From the NCBI GenBank assembly GCA_965221155.1, contig OZ244869.1:2584772-2648771 (forward strand): DNA of 64,000 nucleotides, written 5' to 3'. Both the position numbers and the translations under genes were made by a program. The notes beneath the pieces were generated by a model. The model made no database searches. It saw nothing but the letters and a program-made list of their open reading frames with translations, and was not told the DNA's origin. The stretch is from an uncultured Candidatus Binatia bacterium (lineage in GTDB: Bacteria > Desulfobacterota > Binatia > UBA9968 > JAJDTQ01). Of the stretch, positions 44,824 to 54,339 are shown one piece after another (the first letter of the stretch is position 1; the number at the start of each line of letters is the position of its first letter).

Positions 44824-45864
44824 TCAGCGTGAGTTCTTGCCGTTGTCGGCTTTTTCGCGATAGAGCCCGAGCATTTCCAGGAGGGGACGGTCCGTGGTGG
44901 AGAATAGGATCGCGGGTTCGCTGTCCGAACTGTTGATGTGGCGGTGCCAGCTCCAGTTGGGGACGACCATGAAGTCTCCCTCTTCCCACGCCATCTCCGT
45001 ACCCTCCACTTCGACGACCCCCGAGCCGCTGAAACCATGGCACAGGTGGTTGGCGGTGTGGCGGTGGGGCAAGGTGCGTTCTCCGGGGTCGAGCATCTGG
45101 ATCCAGCACGAGAACGTGGGGAATGTCGGCCCCCCCGTGGCCGGGTCGCGGTATTCGAGGCAGCGCCCGTCGTAAGGGCTCTTGTCCTCGGCAAGCATCT
45201 CTTGGAGAGCGGGCAGGGTCTCTCGCCACTTGTACACCATCCGTTTGGGGCTCCTGCCCGGAGGCGCGAGGTTCCCTGGATTGCGAACGGTGGTGTCCGT
45301 GGCGCTGTTGAAGAGTTTGACGTCTTCGGCGGGGTGCGGCTCCTGGAACATCGTGCGGAGCATCGCCATCACACCCACGTCGAGGGCGTCGATCCAGACC
45401 GCATCCCGATCGGATTCGTTGATGTGGTTGTGCCAGCTCCAGTTCGGCTGAACAACCAGGTCGCCTCGTTCCATGACGCACTTCTCGGCATCGGTGATGG
45501 TGTAGGTATCCTCCCCGCCTTCGAGAATGAAACGCATGGCCGCCGCGGTGTGCCGATGGGCGTAGACCGCCTCGCCGGCCTTGACCAACTGCACCGCCAT
45601 GACCAGCGTGTTGCTCGTCCGCCCGGCGGTATCCGGATGGACCAGTGTGATGGCTCTTCGTGACCCCTTGAAATTCGTGGGCACGAGCCTTGCCGCCGCG
45701 TCCAGTCCCTCACGGATCTTGGACCATTTCCAGAGCTTGGGCGCGCCGAAAGGTCGAGGCTCGACGAAGTGCCTGTCTTCACCGACCCACAACCCCTGCA
45801 TCGATTCGCTTTCAAGCAGGTCGTCCAGCGTCTTCAGGTCGGTTATCTGTCCGGTGTTCGCCAT
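44824..45864 (-). CDS. gentisate 1,2-dioxygenase-like bicupin ring-cleavage dioxygenase
   Basis: 346 aa. Two cupin halves, N-terminal half with 'AHRHTAAAMRFILEG', C-terminal half with 'PHRHTANHLCHGFSGSG'. Confidence 0.8.
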   Translation of the reverse strand: MANTGQITDLKTLDDLLESESMQGLWVGEDRHFVEPRPFGAPKLWKWSKIREGLDAAARLVPTNFKGSRRAITLVHPDTAGRTSNTLVMAVQLVKAGEAVYAHRHTAAAMRFILEGGEDTYTITDAEKCVMERGDLVVQPNWSWHNHINESDRDAVWIDALDVGVMAMLRTMFQEPHPAEDVKLFNSATDTTVRNPGNLAPPGRSPKRMVYKWRETLPALQEMLAEDKSPYDGRCLEYRDPATGGPTFPTFSCWIQMLDPGERTLPHRHTANHLCHGFSGSGVVEVEGTEMAWEEGDFMVVPNWSWHRHINSSDSEPAILFSTTDRPLLEMLGLYREKADNGKNSR

Positions 45865-45895
45865 TCGAGCTTTCCCGAGATCGGACCGGTCCCCG

Positions 45896-47023
45896 TCACT
45901 GCAACTGCGGCATCACCTCTTTGTGGAAGAGGTTCAGGGACGCCATGACCTTGTCGTGAGGAAGGTTGCCGATGTGGAACATTCCCATGAAGTGATCGGC
46001 GCCCACGTCGCTCATTTGTTCGTTGAGTTGCCGGGCGACCGTTTCCGGGCTTCCAGCCAAAATATATCCTACCTTGCCCAGGTCCTCCCAGCTAAGCGTC
46101 GAGAAGTCGTACCGTTCGCGATTCTCCTCGCGGAAATAGTTGAACGACTTGTCGGTGTAGAGGGCTTCCCTGACCCGCGCGCCCTCCGCACTGGCTGTCT
46201 GCTTGAACCCGCGATTGAGGAGAGTGAAGAAATAGCGTAGCGCCGGTTCCGCCGCTTCGCGCGCCTTCTCGTCCGTTTCGCCCACATAGATGTGCCGGCA
46301 CAGAATGAATTGTTCGGGATCGGCTTCCCAACCCCCGTCTTGGGCCACTTTGCGATAGTAGTTGAAGGTATCCTCGATCTGGCTGGTGGTCTGGTACACC
46401 TGGGCAATCGGGAGACGGCGTCCCGCGCACCACTCGACGGACTCGGCGCTCCGGGCGGCGATCCAAATGGGCGGGTGGGGCTGCTGGACGGGGCGGGGCC
46501 ACGTGGCGCAGTTCTCCAGATGGAAGAACTTGCCGCGGTAGCTCCAGGTGGGCTCGGTCCAGGCCGTCATGATCAATTCAAAGGCCTCTTCGAAACGCCC
46601 GCGCGACTCCTTCGGGTCGATGTTGTACCAGAGGTATTCGGGAGGGATGCCCCGCACGAAACCCGCGATCAGCCGGCCTCCGGACATGCAGTCGACCATG
46701 GCGTACTCCTCCGCCACCCGAACCGGGTGGTGACGAAGCGGCAAGACGTTACCAAGTACGCCGATCTTGATCGTACTGGTTCTCTGGCTGAGTGCCGCGG
46801 CAACCAGGTTGGGCGACGGCATGGTGCCATAGGCGCTGTAGTGGTGCTCGTTGAAGAGAACCCCTTCGAAGCCGAGCTGTTCGCAATGCTCCATCTCGTA
46901 GAAGTGTTCTTCGTAATTGCGACTGCCCTCGGCCGGATCGAACAGATTGCTCGGCAGCGGTGTGCCCGGGATGTCCATAGGCACATGCGGATAGGCGAGA
47001 AGGTCGAAGTTGTATATCTTCAT
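45896..47023 (-). CDS. LLM-class flavin-dependent monooxygenase
   Basis: Start at ATG 47023 (MKIYNFDLL...). 'LGFEGVLFNEHHYSAYG', 'RLIAGFVRGIPPEY'. 375 aa. Confidence 0.8.
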   Translation of the reverse strand: MKIYNFDLLAYPHVPMDIPGTPLPSNLFDPAEGSRNYEEHFYEMEHCEQLGFEGVLFNEHHYSAYGTMPSPNLVAAALSQRTSTIKIGVLGNVLPLRHHPVRVAEEYAMVDCMSGGRLIAGFVRGIPPEYLWYNIDPKESRGRFEEAFELIMTAWTEPTWSYRGKFFHLENCATWPRPVQQPHPPIWIAARSAESVEWCAGRRLPIAQVYQTTSQIEDTFNYYRKVAQDGGWEADPEQFILCRHIYVGETDEKAREAAEPALRYFFTLLNRGFKQTASAEGARVREALYTDKSFNYFREENRERYDFSTLSWEDLGKVGYILAGSPETVARQLNEQMSDVGADHFMGMFHIGNLPHDKVMASLNLFHKEVMPQLQ

Positions 47024-47103
47024 CGGTCCCCGTTTCAACAAAGCGGATTGGAACCACTACTAGTGGCTATCCATTTGTATATGAGCGTGTACATTACAAG
47101 GCA

Positions 47104-47772
47104 CTACGCATAGCTCTCGTAGATGCTGTCGAATTTGCCCAGTTTCAGACGCACCGTATGCGCCGCGGCTTCACGCACCAACTGCTGTTCCCGGGGTGTC
47201 TCGGCCATGCGAGCGATCACTTCGGAGGCCATCGCGGTGTGCTCCTCATCCGCCACCATGTGAACCGTGAAAAACTCGCAGGCTTCGTCTCCAAGGCCGT
47301 AATGCTTCCGCGCGTGGTTGTTGAACTCCTCCGAATAGCGGCGGACCATGCTCTCGTCCACCAGGGCTCCGACACGGTTTTCCGCCGGTGAGCCCAACAG
47401 CATGCCGTGGATCATGCGGCTCGTGTGTATCAGGCAGCCAAAGACCGGTGTGGCCGTCGTGAAGTCCTCTTCGCTGAGCCCCAGCGCCAGCCCGAAGCGT
47501 TTGGCCAGATCGGGATGAGTCCGCTCTTCCTCGAACTGGTACGAAAAGTGGTTGTAGAGTCGGTCGTCGTGGGCGTTCTTGACCATGCACAGGGCAAAGC
47601 CCTTCAACAGGACAATGTTGTGCAGGTAGTGCTGCAGCGACCACCCCTGGAGTCTCCGCACCGAGAGTTGCCCTTCCCTAAGCTCGGAGAAATAGCGACT
47701 CTCCATCAGTCGCTGGATTCCGGGCTCGATGATCTCGTCGGCGATCGAGTCGACGAAGGCTTCGTTTGTCAT
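47104..47772 (-). CDS. TenA/PqqC-like (heme-oxygenase-like fold) protein
   Basis: 222 aa all-helical. Blocks 'QHYLHNIVLLKGFALCM', 'EEERTHPDLAKRF', 'VHMVADEEHTAMA', reminiscent of the TENA/THI-4/PQQC family. Confidence 0.6.
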   Translation of the reverse strand: MTNEAFVDSIADEIIEPGIQRLMESRYFSELREGQLSVRRLQGWSLQHYLHNIVLLKGFALCMVKNAHDDRLYNHFSYQFEEERTHPDLAKRFGLALGLSEEDFTTATPVFGCLIHTSRMIHGMLLGSPAENRVGALVDESMVRRYSEEFNNHARKHYGLGDEACEFFTVHMVADEEHTAMASEVIARMAETPREQQLVREAAAHTVRLKLGKFDSIYESYA

Positions 47773-47919
47773 GGTAACTGCCTTACTTCGAACCCTTCAG
47801 GCGTGTCAACAGAGACGAATCCGATCCCCGAATGGCGCTTGGACCGCGGGCAGCGGCGCATGCGTTGCGGTTGACAATGGTTCTGGCGCCATCGTAGTGT
47901 CCGGAAATTCAACGGGTTC

Positions 47920-47936
47920 CGTGTTTCTCGAACACG
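47920..47936 (+). promoter_or_regulatory. perfect inverted repeat CGTGTT-tctcg-AACACG ~18 nt upstream of tctC RBS (operator-like)
   Basis: 6-bp arms, 5-6 bp spacer, located between the putative promoter region and the AAGGGAGG RBS. Confidence 0.25.
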
Positions 47937-47953
47937 TGCCAAGGGAGGTGTCT

Positions 47954-49015
47954 ATGAACGGCAAATCTGGAGCACCAACCAGAGTAGCCCTTTTCACTCT
48001 TGCAGTCGCCCTCTGCGTAGGGCTTCACCTCGGGACAACGGCGCAAGGGGCAACGGCCCCGTTCTACGAAGGCAAGACGATCAAGATCGTCGTCGGCCTC
48101 AACCCGGGAGGCGGCTTCGACACCTTCGCGCGTATCCTGGCCCGGCATCTGCCGCAGTACATACCGGGCAAGCCCAGGTTCATCGTGCAGAACATGCCTG
48201 GCGCAGGCAGCCTGGTAGCAGCCAACCGAGTCTACGCGGAACAACCGGGCGACGGGCTTACCATCGTCAACTTCGCCACAGGAATTATACTGCAGGCCTT
48301 GATGGGAGATCCGGTGGTCAAGTTCGACCCCATGAAGTACATGTTTTTGGGTGATCCCTCCCTTCCGGCCCTGCCAAGGGTGCTGTGGGTCCGGGGCGAC
48401 CTGCCGATCCATACGCTCGCGGACCTGAAAAACAGGAAAGAACCCCTTGCCGTGGGGGCAACGGGTGTCGGCCAGTCCGCCGCCATCATGGGTGAGTTCG
48501 AGCGTTCTCTTGGCCTCAACGTCAAGGTGGTCGTCGGGTACAGGGGCTCCACCGGCATCCTGGCGGCGTTGGAACGGAAAGAGCTGGAGGGCATGAACCT
48601 GTCCCTCCATTTCGTTCAGGACCGTTACGGTCACTTCATCGAGAACGGTACCATCCGGCCGTTCCTGGCTATAGGGGATAGTCCACAGGCGCCAGCACCG
48701 CCGGGAGTGGCGACGTTGAAGGACTTGACCCTCAGCTCCGACCAGCAGAAGCTTGCCGATTTCCTGATCCAGAGTTGGAGCACCCTCCGCCTGTACGCGG
48801 TTCCGCCGGGGACGCCGCAGGATCGATTCAACGTCTTGCAGGAAGCCTTCCTCAAGGCCCTGGCCAGCCCCAAGTTCATCAGCGAAGCCAAGCGCCAGGG
48901 CATCAGAGTCGCCCCACGCTCGGGGAAGGATGTCGCCCGGATCATCAGGCTCATGACCGAGGCTCCACCGAAGATCGTGGACCAATACAAGCAGTTCCTT
49001 GGCCTGAAGCGATAG
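47954..49015 (+). CDS. tctC: Bug-family tripartite tricarboxylate transporter substrate-binding protein (TctC-like)
   Basis: Signal peptide. 'KIVVGLNPGGGFDTFARILARHL', 'MPGAGSLVAAN' Bug-family blocks. No tctAB in window (orphan Bug receptor). Confidence 0.8.
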   Translation: MNGKSGAPTRVALFTLAVALCVGLHLGTTAQGATAPFYEGKTIKIVVGLNPGGGFDTFARILARHLPQYIPGKPRFIVQNMPGAGSLVAANRVYAEQPGDGLTIVNFATGIILQALMGDPVVKFDPMKYMFLGDPSLPALPRVLWVRGDLPIHTLADLKNRKEPLAVGATGVGQSAAIMGEFERSLGLNVKVVVGYRGSTGILAALERKELEGMNLSLHFVQDRYGHFIENGTIRPFLAIGDSPQAPAPPGVATLKDLTLSSDQQKLADFLIQSWSTLRLYAVPPGTPQDRFNVLQEAFLKALASPKFISEAKRQGIRVAPRSGKDVARIIRLMTEAPPKIVDQYKQFLGLKR

Positions 49016-49150
49016 GAGCAAACCCGGAGAACGCCGCGAACCTTGTCCGGGACGCCCTGCCCATGAGGGTTTGGTTGACGCTGGCCGCGTAGGTTGCTAT
49101 CAAATTGCGGCAACCAATCCGAGCCGGAACGTTCCGGACAGGGAGCTCTC

Positions 49151-49798
49151 ATGGACAGTCGCGAATTTGCCAAGAAGGTTCAACAGCGGGTGGCCGAGTT
49201 CTGCAAGGGGCTGGACGACAGGCTCCCTGCCTACAGCTATATACCGCTCACCACCGACGAGATGCGCATCAAGGTGATGCAGAGCCGTCTTTTCAACGAA
49301 GTGCGCGCCGCCGAGGTCTTCGGCACTTGGCTCAAGACCACGCCGCAGGTTGAGATCAAGGCCATTCTTGCGGAGGCCATCTACGAGGAGTTCGTCCACG
49401 CGGAGTATCTCTCGGAAGCCTTGAAGAGCAAAGGGGCCGTTCCCTACGACTACAAGCCGGTACCCGCCCAGATGGCGATGTTCAACGGGTTCGAGGCGCT
49501 GACGGACACCTGTGAGCGCATCGCCGCGTTCCCGTTCGCCGGCGAGGGCGTGGCCGACTACCTCATCGGCAAGAGCCTCCAGGCCGGCACCGTGCCCGAG
49601 TGGGTCACCGGCCCCTACCAGAAGATCCACGAAGACGAGGAAGAGCACGGCAACTATCCCTTCGATCTGCTCGTCAAGTACGCCACCACTGCCGAGATCC
49701 AGGACCGCGTCGTGCGGGCCGTGGAGATGAGCCTCATGCTCCGGCGCCAGTACTTCGACAATCTCGACCGCTGGGTGTACCAGGATAGCTGGTTGTAG
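49151..49798 (+). CDS. ferritin-like di-iron carboxylate superfamily protein
   Basis: Start at ATG 49151. Two E-x-x-H-like motifs ('EEFVHAEYL', 'HEDEEEHG'). All-helical. Confidence 0.5.
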   Translation: MDSREFAKKVQQRVAEFCKGLDDRLPAYSYIPLTTDEMRIKVMQSRLFNEVRAAEVFGTWLKTTPQVEIKAILAEAIYEEFVHAEYLSEALKSKGAVPYDYKPVPAQMAMFNGFEALTDTCERIAAFPFAGEGVADYLIGKSLQAGTVPEWVTGPYQKIHEDEEEHGNYPFDLLVKYATTAEIQDRVVRAVEMSLMLRRQYFDNLDRWVYQDSWL

Positions 49799-49843
49799 TT
49801 GGCGGCCGAAGCCCATCCCGGCTTCAACCCGAGACTGCGGATT

Positions 49844-49964
49844 GTCGGATTACGCTTCGCTAATCCGACCTACGCGTTGCGGACGGGAGTCCTGGTCGTA
49901 GGGGGTTGCGGGCGGCGGGCTTGAGCGCCCGGCAGTAGGTCGGATTGGCGAAGCGTAATCCGAC
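49844..49964. repeat. REP family B pair in outward-facing arrangement
   Basis: GTCGGATTACGCTTCGCTAATCCGACCTAC (49844-49873) and GTAGGTCGGATTGGCGAAGCGTAATCCGAC (49935-49964). Confidence 0.85.
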
Positions 49965-49985
49965 AATCCGAGATCCGACAGACCA

Positions 49986-50918
49986 CTAAGGCAGTAGCAG
50001 CCCGGACTGCAGCAGCGCCCGGCGGATGCGTTCGCGCTCGTCGTCGCTGATGCGTTTGAGGGGCGGGCGCACGACGGCCTTTTTGATGCGTCCCAGGAGC
50101 GCCAGGGCCTCTTTCATGCGGTTGTGCATATCCACGAAGGGCGGCGCGTAGAACACCTCTACCAACGGGGCCAGGCGGTCGTTGAGGCGGCGGCAGGCTT
50201 CCAGGTCTTCGGCCTGGACCGCCCGGAAGAGTTCGGCGTGCAGATCGGCGGTGACGCTTCCCATTCCAGAGATGGAGCCGTCCGCGCCCAGCACGTAGCT
50301 CGCGAACAGGGACATGGTGTAGCTGCTCAGCATGGCCACGGGCCGGCCGGTGCCGCGCAGTGCCCGGAGGTTGGCCTCCAGGGCCACCATGTCGTTGCTC
50401 CAGTCCTTGACTCCCACCACGTGAGCGATTTCGGTCAGCCGCGCCAGAGTCTCGGGAGCGTAGCCGATGCCGCTTGCCGGAGGGTACTCGAACACGATCA
50501 GCGGCAGGTCGGTGGCGTCGGCGATGGTCTCGAAGTGGGTGACGGCCATCTCCGGCCGGAGCTGGGCGCCCCACATGAAGAGCGTCGGCGGAAAGATCAG
50601 GAGCCCGGACGCGCCCTCGGCCTTGGCGTCCTTGGCAAGCTCGGCGGCTTCGAGGGTGTTGTCGGTGTAGATGCCGGCGATGAGTTCCACGCGGTCGCCG
50701 ACCTCGTCCGCGGCCAGGGCCAGCGCCCGGCGCCGTTCCTCCCGATCCAGGGACGACACTTCACCGGCATGGCCGTTGCACACGATGGCGCTGACGCCGT
50801 CCACGGCGGCCAGCCAGGACAGGTGCCTCCGGTAGTTGACCTCGTCGAATGACAGGTCCTCGTTGAACGGCAGCAGATTGGCCGGGATGGCGCCGCTGAA
50901 GCGAAGTGTGCTGCTCAT
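49986..50918 (-). CDS. dihydrodipicolinate synthase/N-acetylneuraminate lyase family aldolase
   Basis: Start at ATG 50918 with AGGAGG RBS. Schiff-base lysine context 'VVGVKDWS'. 'GASGLLIFPP'. 310 aa. Confidence 0.85.
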   Translation of the reverse strand: MSSTLRFSGAIPANLLPFNEDLSFDEVNYRRHLSWLAAVDGVSAIVCNGHAGEVSSLDREERRRALALAADEVGDRVELIAGIYTDNTLEAAELAKDAKAEGASGLLIFPPTLFMWGAQLRPEMAVTHFETIADATDLPLIVFEYPPASGIGYAPETLARLTEIAHVVGVKDWSNDMVALEANLRALRGTGRPVAMLSSYTMSLFASYVLGADGSISGMGSVTADLHAELFRAVQAEDLEACRRLNDRLAPLVEVFYAPPFVDMHNRMKEALALLGRIKKAVVRPPLKRISDDERERIRRALLQSGLLLP

Positions 50919-50977
50919 GGTACACCTCCTGCACGCCAACTATAGAGGCCCGGAAGCTCGCAGACAAGGCCAACGGA

Positions 50978-51095
50978 CGTCCTTCGACTTCGCTCCGCTT
51001 CCTTCGATTTCGCTCCGCTCAGGACGAACGGAAAGATGGCCCCACAACCGTTCGCCCTGAGCGTAGCTCGGCCCGGCCGAGCGAAGTCGAAGGGC
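50978..51095. repeat. REP family C inverted pair
   Basis: 'tccttcgacttcgctccgct...ctcaggacgaacg' ... 'cgttcgccctgagcgtagc...gaagtcgaaggg'. Confidence 0.8.
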
Positions 51096-51132
51096 CTGTC
51101 CTGAGGTTGTCGAAGGGCCCATCACAAACAAA

Positions 51133-52722
51133 TCAGTGCGTGTAGAATATCTCCTGGTACCGCGCAATCGCCGCGACCGATGCCTCACGCTCCTGCGCCG
51201 TCGGGTTGCGGGGGTCGCGCGCCTTGGGCAAGCGCCCCAGGCGCAGCATGGCCGCGCGCAGCAGCACGCGCGCTTTGGTCGCGTCCAGGTTGCTCCCTTC
51301 GATGGTCAAGTCGTTGGGATTGGAGGGCAGGGCGCCCTCCGGATCGCCCCGGCTCACCCGCACCACCGGCATGCCGTTGTAGGCGGCAATGGCGAGCGCG
51401 GCCATCTGACTATGGAGTGCTGAGCCGGTGCCCGCGGCGCCCTCCAGCACGAACCCGTGAAACCGGGGCGCGCCCGGTTCCGCCGACCCTTCCTGTGCCA
51501 GCCCGCGTTCGATGCGCGCCATGATGTCGACTTCCACCTCCGGGTCCGCCGTGTCTTCCTCCGCCATGTAGTGGCCGTACTTCACGACGTGGACCGGCGC
51601 AATGGCCTCCCCGCGTAGCGAGCCATCGTCATCCTTGATGCGGATGCTCGCCGCGTCGGGGCTGTCGCCGTACTCCTGAAAGGTGACCTCGGCGGGCAGG
51701 TGCCCCACCGCAAGTTCGGACGTGCCCGTCGTCCGGTACGCGGGACGGAACCACACGCGTACCTCATCGCACGCGCTGCCGAGGACGCCGCCGTGGCCGC
51801 CGGTGGCGCGGTAACCGCCCGGACGGGCATCGCCCTTCTTGAACGTGCGCGCCGCGAATATCTGCTCGTCCACGATCCCGACCGCGCCCAGCCCCGTCCC
51901 GAGGCCGGAGGCGATATAGCGCGCCGCGTCAACGAGGTTGCGGTCGCCGTCGTTGGCGAGCGCCCCGTGCGGACGTTGCGACGAGATGCCCACGAAGGGC
52001 AGGGCGGTGTCCAATACCAGGCTTAACCAGTAGAGCGTCTCCTCCACGTGCGGGCTGCCTTCCAGCCAGATGAAGCCGTCGTAGCGCCCCGAGTCGATGG
52101 TCTGCTGGACGATGTTGACCGCGCGGGCCATGGCGGTATTGGGCGGGAACTTGCCGAGGGGCCGGGGGCTGTACGGGAAGAAGTCGCGCCCTCCCGCCTC
52201 ACCCTGCTTTGTGTAACCCGCCGGAGGAAGCACGCGCACGAAATCGTACTCCGCGAGCCGGTCCAGCTCGCTCGCCGCACCGTCGTGGCCGCGCCCACTC
52301 AACCCGCGGTCGATCTCTTCGAACAGCCGCGACGCATCGGGGAAGAATGTTTGTCTCCCGCCGTAGCCGATGTCCGGGTTCCGCAGGTCGGCAGCCTCGA
52401 AGGGCGTGCCGTCCTCGGAGCCGTCGGCGCGGCGCGCCATGTAGGGCAGCAGAAACGCGCCATCCTCCGGGCGCAACTCCACCTCGTAGTAGGGCTTCCC
52501 GTCGTCGTGGTAGACCTCGGCGGCGTCGGACTCCAACGGGTGCGCGCTGAACTTCTCGATACGCACCCGTACGGGTTCGTGCAGGCGCTGCGGAACGAGG
52601 TGGTCAAACCGCCCGTCCAGTTGTTCGCCTGCTGCTCGCCCCTTGTTGCTCGTCACCAGCGCGGGTGTATTGGCGATGGTGGCGCGCGGTCCCGAGAACA
52701 CCGCTATGCGTGGCTTGGACAT
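51133..52722 (-). CDS. asparaginase family protein (atypically long, ~529 aa)
   Basis: Start at ATG 52722 with GAGGAG RBS. N-terminal 'PRIAVFSGPRATIANTP' resembles the asparaginase TGGTIAG threonine loop. C-terminal 'GFVLEGAAGTGSAL...GMPVVRVSRG' resembles the second asparaginase domain. Large insertion between. Confidence 0.55.
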   Translation of the reverse strand: MSKPRIAVFSGPRATIANTPALVTSNKGRAAGEQLDGRFDHLVPQRLHEPVRVRIEKFSAHPLESDAAEVYHDDGKPYYEVELRPEDGAFLLPYMARRADGSEDGTPFEAADLRNPDIGYGGRQTFFPDASRLFEEIDRGLSGRGHDGAASELDRLAEYDFVRVLPPAGYTKQGEAGGRDFFPYSPRPLGKFPPNTAMARAVNIVQQTIDSGRYDGFIWLEGSPHVEETLYWLSLVLDTALPFVGISSQRPHGALANDGDRNLVDAARYIASGLGTGLGAVGIVDEQIFAARTFKKGDARPGGYRATGGHGGVLGSACDEVRVWFRPAYRTTGTSELAVGHLPAEVTFQEYGDSPDAASIRIKDDDGSLRGEAIAPVHVVKYGHYMAEEDTADPEVEVDIMARIERGLAQEGSAEPGAPRFHGFVLEGAAGTGSALHSQMAALAIAAYNGMPVVRVSRGDPEGALPSNPNDLTIEGSNLDATKARVLLRAAMLRLGRLPKARDPRNPTAQEREASVAAIARYQEIFYTH

Positions 52723-52963
52723 CGAATCATCTCCTCTATGAATTCCGACCAGTGCGCGCCCGTCAACGATGCGGCGGCGGTGAACATGCCCTGTCACGGC
52801 CACCAGCAGTGCCGGTCTTGGAGCGTCCTGGTCATGGTTCACCTCCTACTCGGCAACTATAGTGGCCGCAACGTTGGCGGACAAGGACAAACCGTGGAGA
52901 CCGGCGTGGCGGTAAGTGATTACGGTCTTGCCAAGCGACAAGAACTTGGATATCATTCGCCAT

Positions 52964-53383
52964 ATGGCGCAAGCGGTATTTGTCTCGCACAGCATACCTC
53001 CTAGTCCCGCGGAGATCAGCGACGCTGAAATGGGTGCCATGCTCCGCGCTTTCTTCAATCTGACGGAGCGTTGGCAGCTCAATGACCGCCAGGCGCGAAT
53101 TCTGTTGGGAGATCCCGCGGCGCGGACCTACGCGCGCTGGAAAGCCGGAAAGCTGGAACCGTCCCGTGTCTCGCGGGACACGCGCGAGCGCCTATCCATG
53201 CTGATGGGCATTCACAAGAGCCTGCGCCATCTGTTCCGTGATCCGTCGCGGGGCTACGAATGGCTGCGCAAGCCCAACCAGGTGTTTGGCGGCGCATCCG
53301 CGCTGGACCGGTTGCTGGCAGGGTCCATCCCGGATCTGGCGGCGGTGCGGGCGTATCTTGACGCGGAACGCGGCGGTTGGTGA
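52964..53383 (+). CDS. Xre/MbcA/ParS-type antitoxin (DUF2384-like) of a RES-Xre toxin-antitoxin pair
   Basis: C-terminal toxin-binding-domain-like region 'RWQLNDRQARILLGDP...GASALDRLLAGSIPDLAAVRAYLD'. Start codon uncertain. Overlaps the RES gene start (GTGA). Confidence 0.6.
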   Translation: MAQAVFVSHSIPPSPAEISDAEMGAMLRAFFNLTERWQLNDRQARILLGDPAARTYARWKAGKLEPSRVSRDTRERLSMLMGIHKSLRHLFRDPSRGYEWLRKPNQVFGGASALDRLLAGSIPDLAAVRAYLDAERGGW

Positions 53384-54078
53384 TCCCACGCCTGAGCCGG
53401 GTTCGCTGGCGGCGGACGTACCGTCTGATCCGGACCGTTTACCCGCCCGTGGACCTTTTCGAGGACATCGCAGACCCGGCCGATTGGCAACTGTTGGCCG
53501 AGGCCGAAGCCAAGACCAACCCAAGAGTGAGAGATGAGATCGGAGCCATCCATCTGGTCCCTCCCGCGCGCCGGGTTTCCGGCCCCGGTGCCGGTTGGGT
53601 GATGGCGCCGTTCTGTCACGTCTCACGTGATCGGCCGAGCCGGTTCAGCGACGGCAGCTACGGCGTTTACTACGCCGGCAGCCGCTTCGAGGTGGCGCTG
53701 GCCGAAACAGTGTACCACTTCGGGCGTTTCATGGCGGCGACGGACGAGGAACCGGCCACCGCGGACTACCGGGAACTCGTCGGTCGCATCGACGCGGAAC
53801 TGCACGACCTGCGCGGCGAGGGAGAATTCCGTACCGCGCTCGACCCCGACGACTACACCGCCGGACAGCCACTGGCCGTGGCACTGCGCGAAAACCATGC
53901 AAGCAACGGCATTGTCTACCCGAACGTCCGCTACCCTCGTGGTCAAGCCGTGGCCGCGTTCTGGCCCGATGTGGTCGGAATTCCGATCCAGGCCCGGCAT
54001 CTGTGCTACCGCTGGGACGGCCGACGGGTGGATGCCTGGCTCGTCTACGGTGAGGAGAACTGGCGGCTCTTGGCTTGA
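53380..54078 (+). CDS. RES-domain toxin (MbcT/ParT-like NAD+-targeting toxin family)
   Basis: R-x-S-x-E signature 'RFSDGSYGVYYAGSRFEVALAE' plus downstream 'YPNVRY'. ~232 aa. Confidence 0.75.
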   Translation: MIPRLSRVRWRRTYRLIRTVYPPVDLFEDIADPADWQLLAEAEAKTNPRVRDEIGAIHLVPPARRVSGPGAGWVMAPFCHVSRDRPSRFSDGSYGVYYAGSRFEVALAETVYHFGRFMAATDEEPATADYRELVGRIDAELHDLRGEGEFRTALDPDDYTAGQPLAVALRENHASNGIVYPNVRYPRGQAVAAFWPDVVGIPIQARHLCYRWDGRRVDAWLVYGEENWRLLA

Positions 54079-54157
54079 TCAGCCGCCGTTCCCGATCCCG
54101 GATCAAGTCAGTGAAGACGGGAGAAGAGGCCGCGCTTCTACGTAGCGCCCGGCACGC

Positions 54158-54307
54158 GGGCGGGTTTGAAACCCGCCCCTACAAACCATCGCGTTTGGCC
54201 GACGACACAACGTCTTTCGCACCTTCACAAATGTACTGAGGGAGGGGACACCAGGATCCTGCGCCGCGGGAAAACGAGCGTGTAGGGGCGGGTTTCAAAC
54301 CCGCCCG
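54158..54307. repeat. REP family A inverted pair flanking ~100 bp (MITE-like)
   Basis: Units at 54158-54182 and 54282-54307. Confidence 0.85.
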
Positions 54308-54339
54308 CGCTCGCACCGCGCTGTCGGTGATACAGGCTG

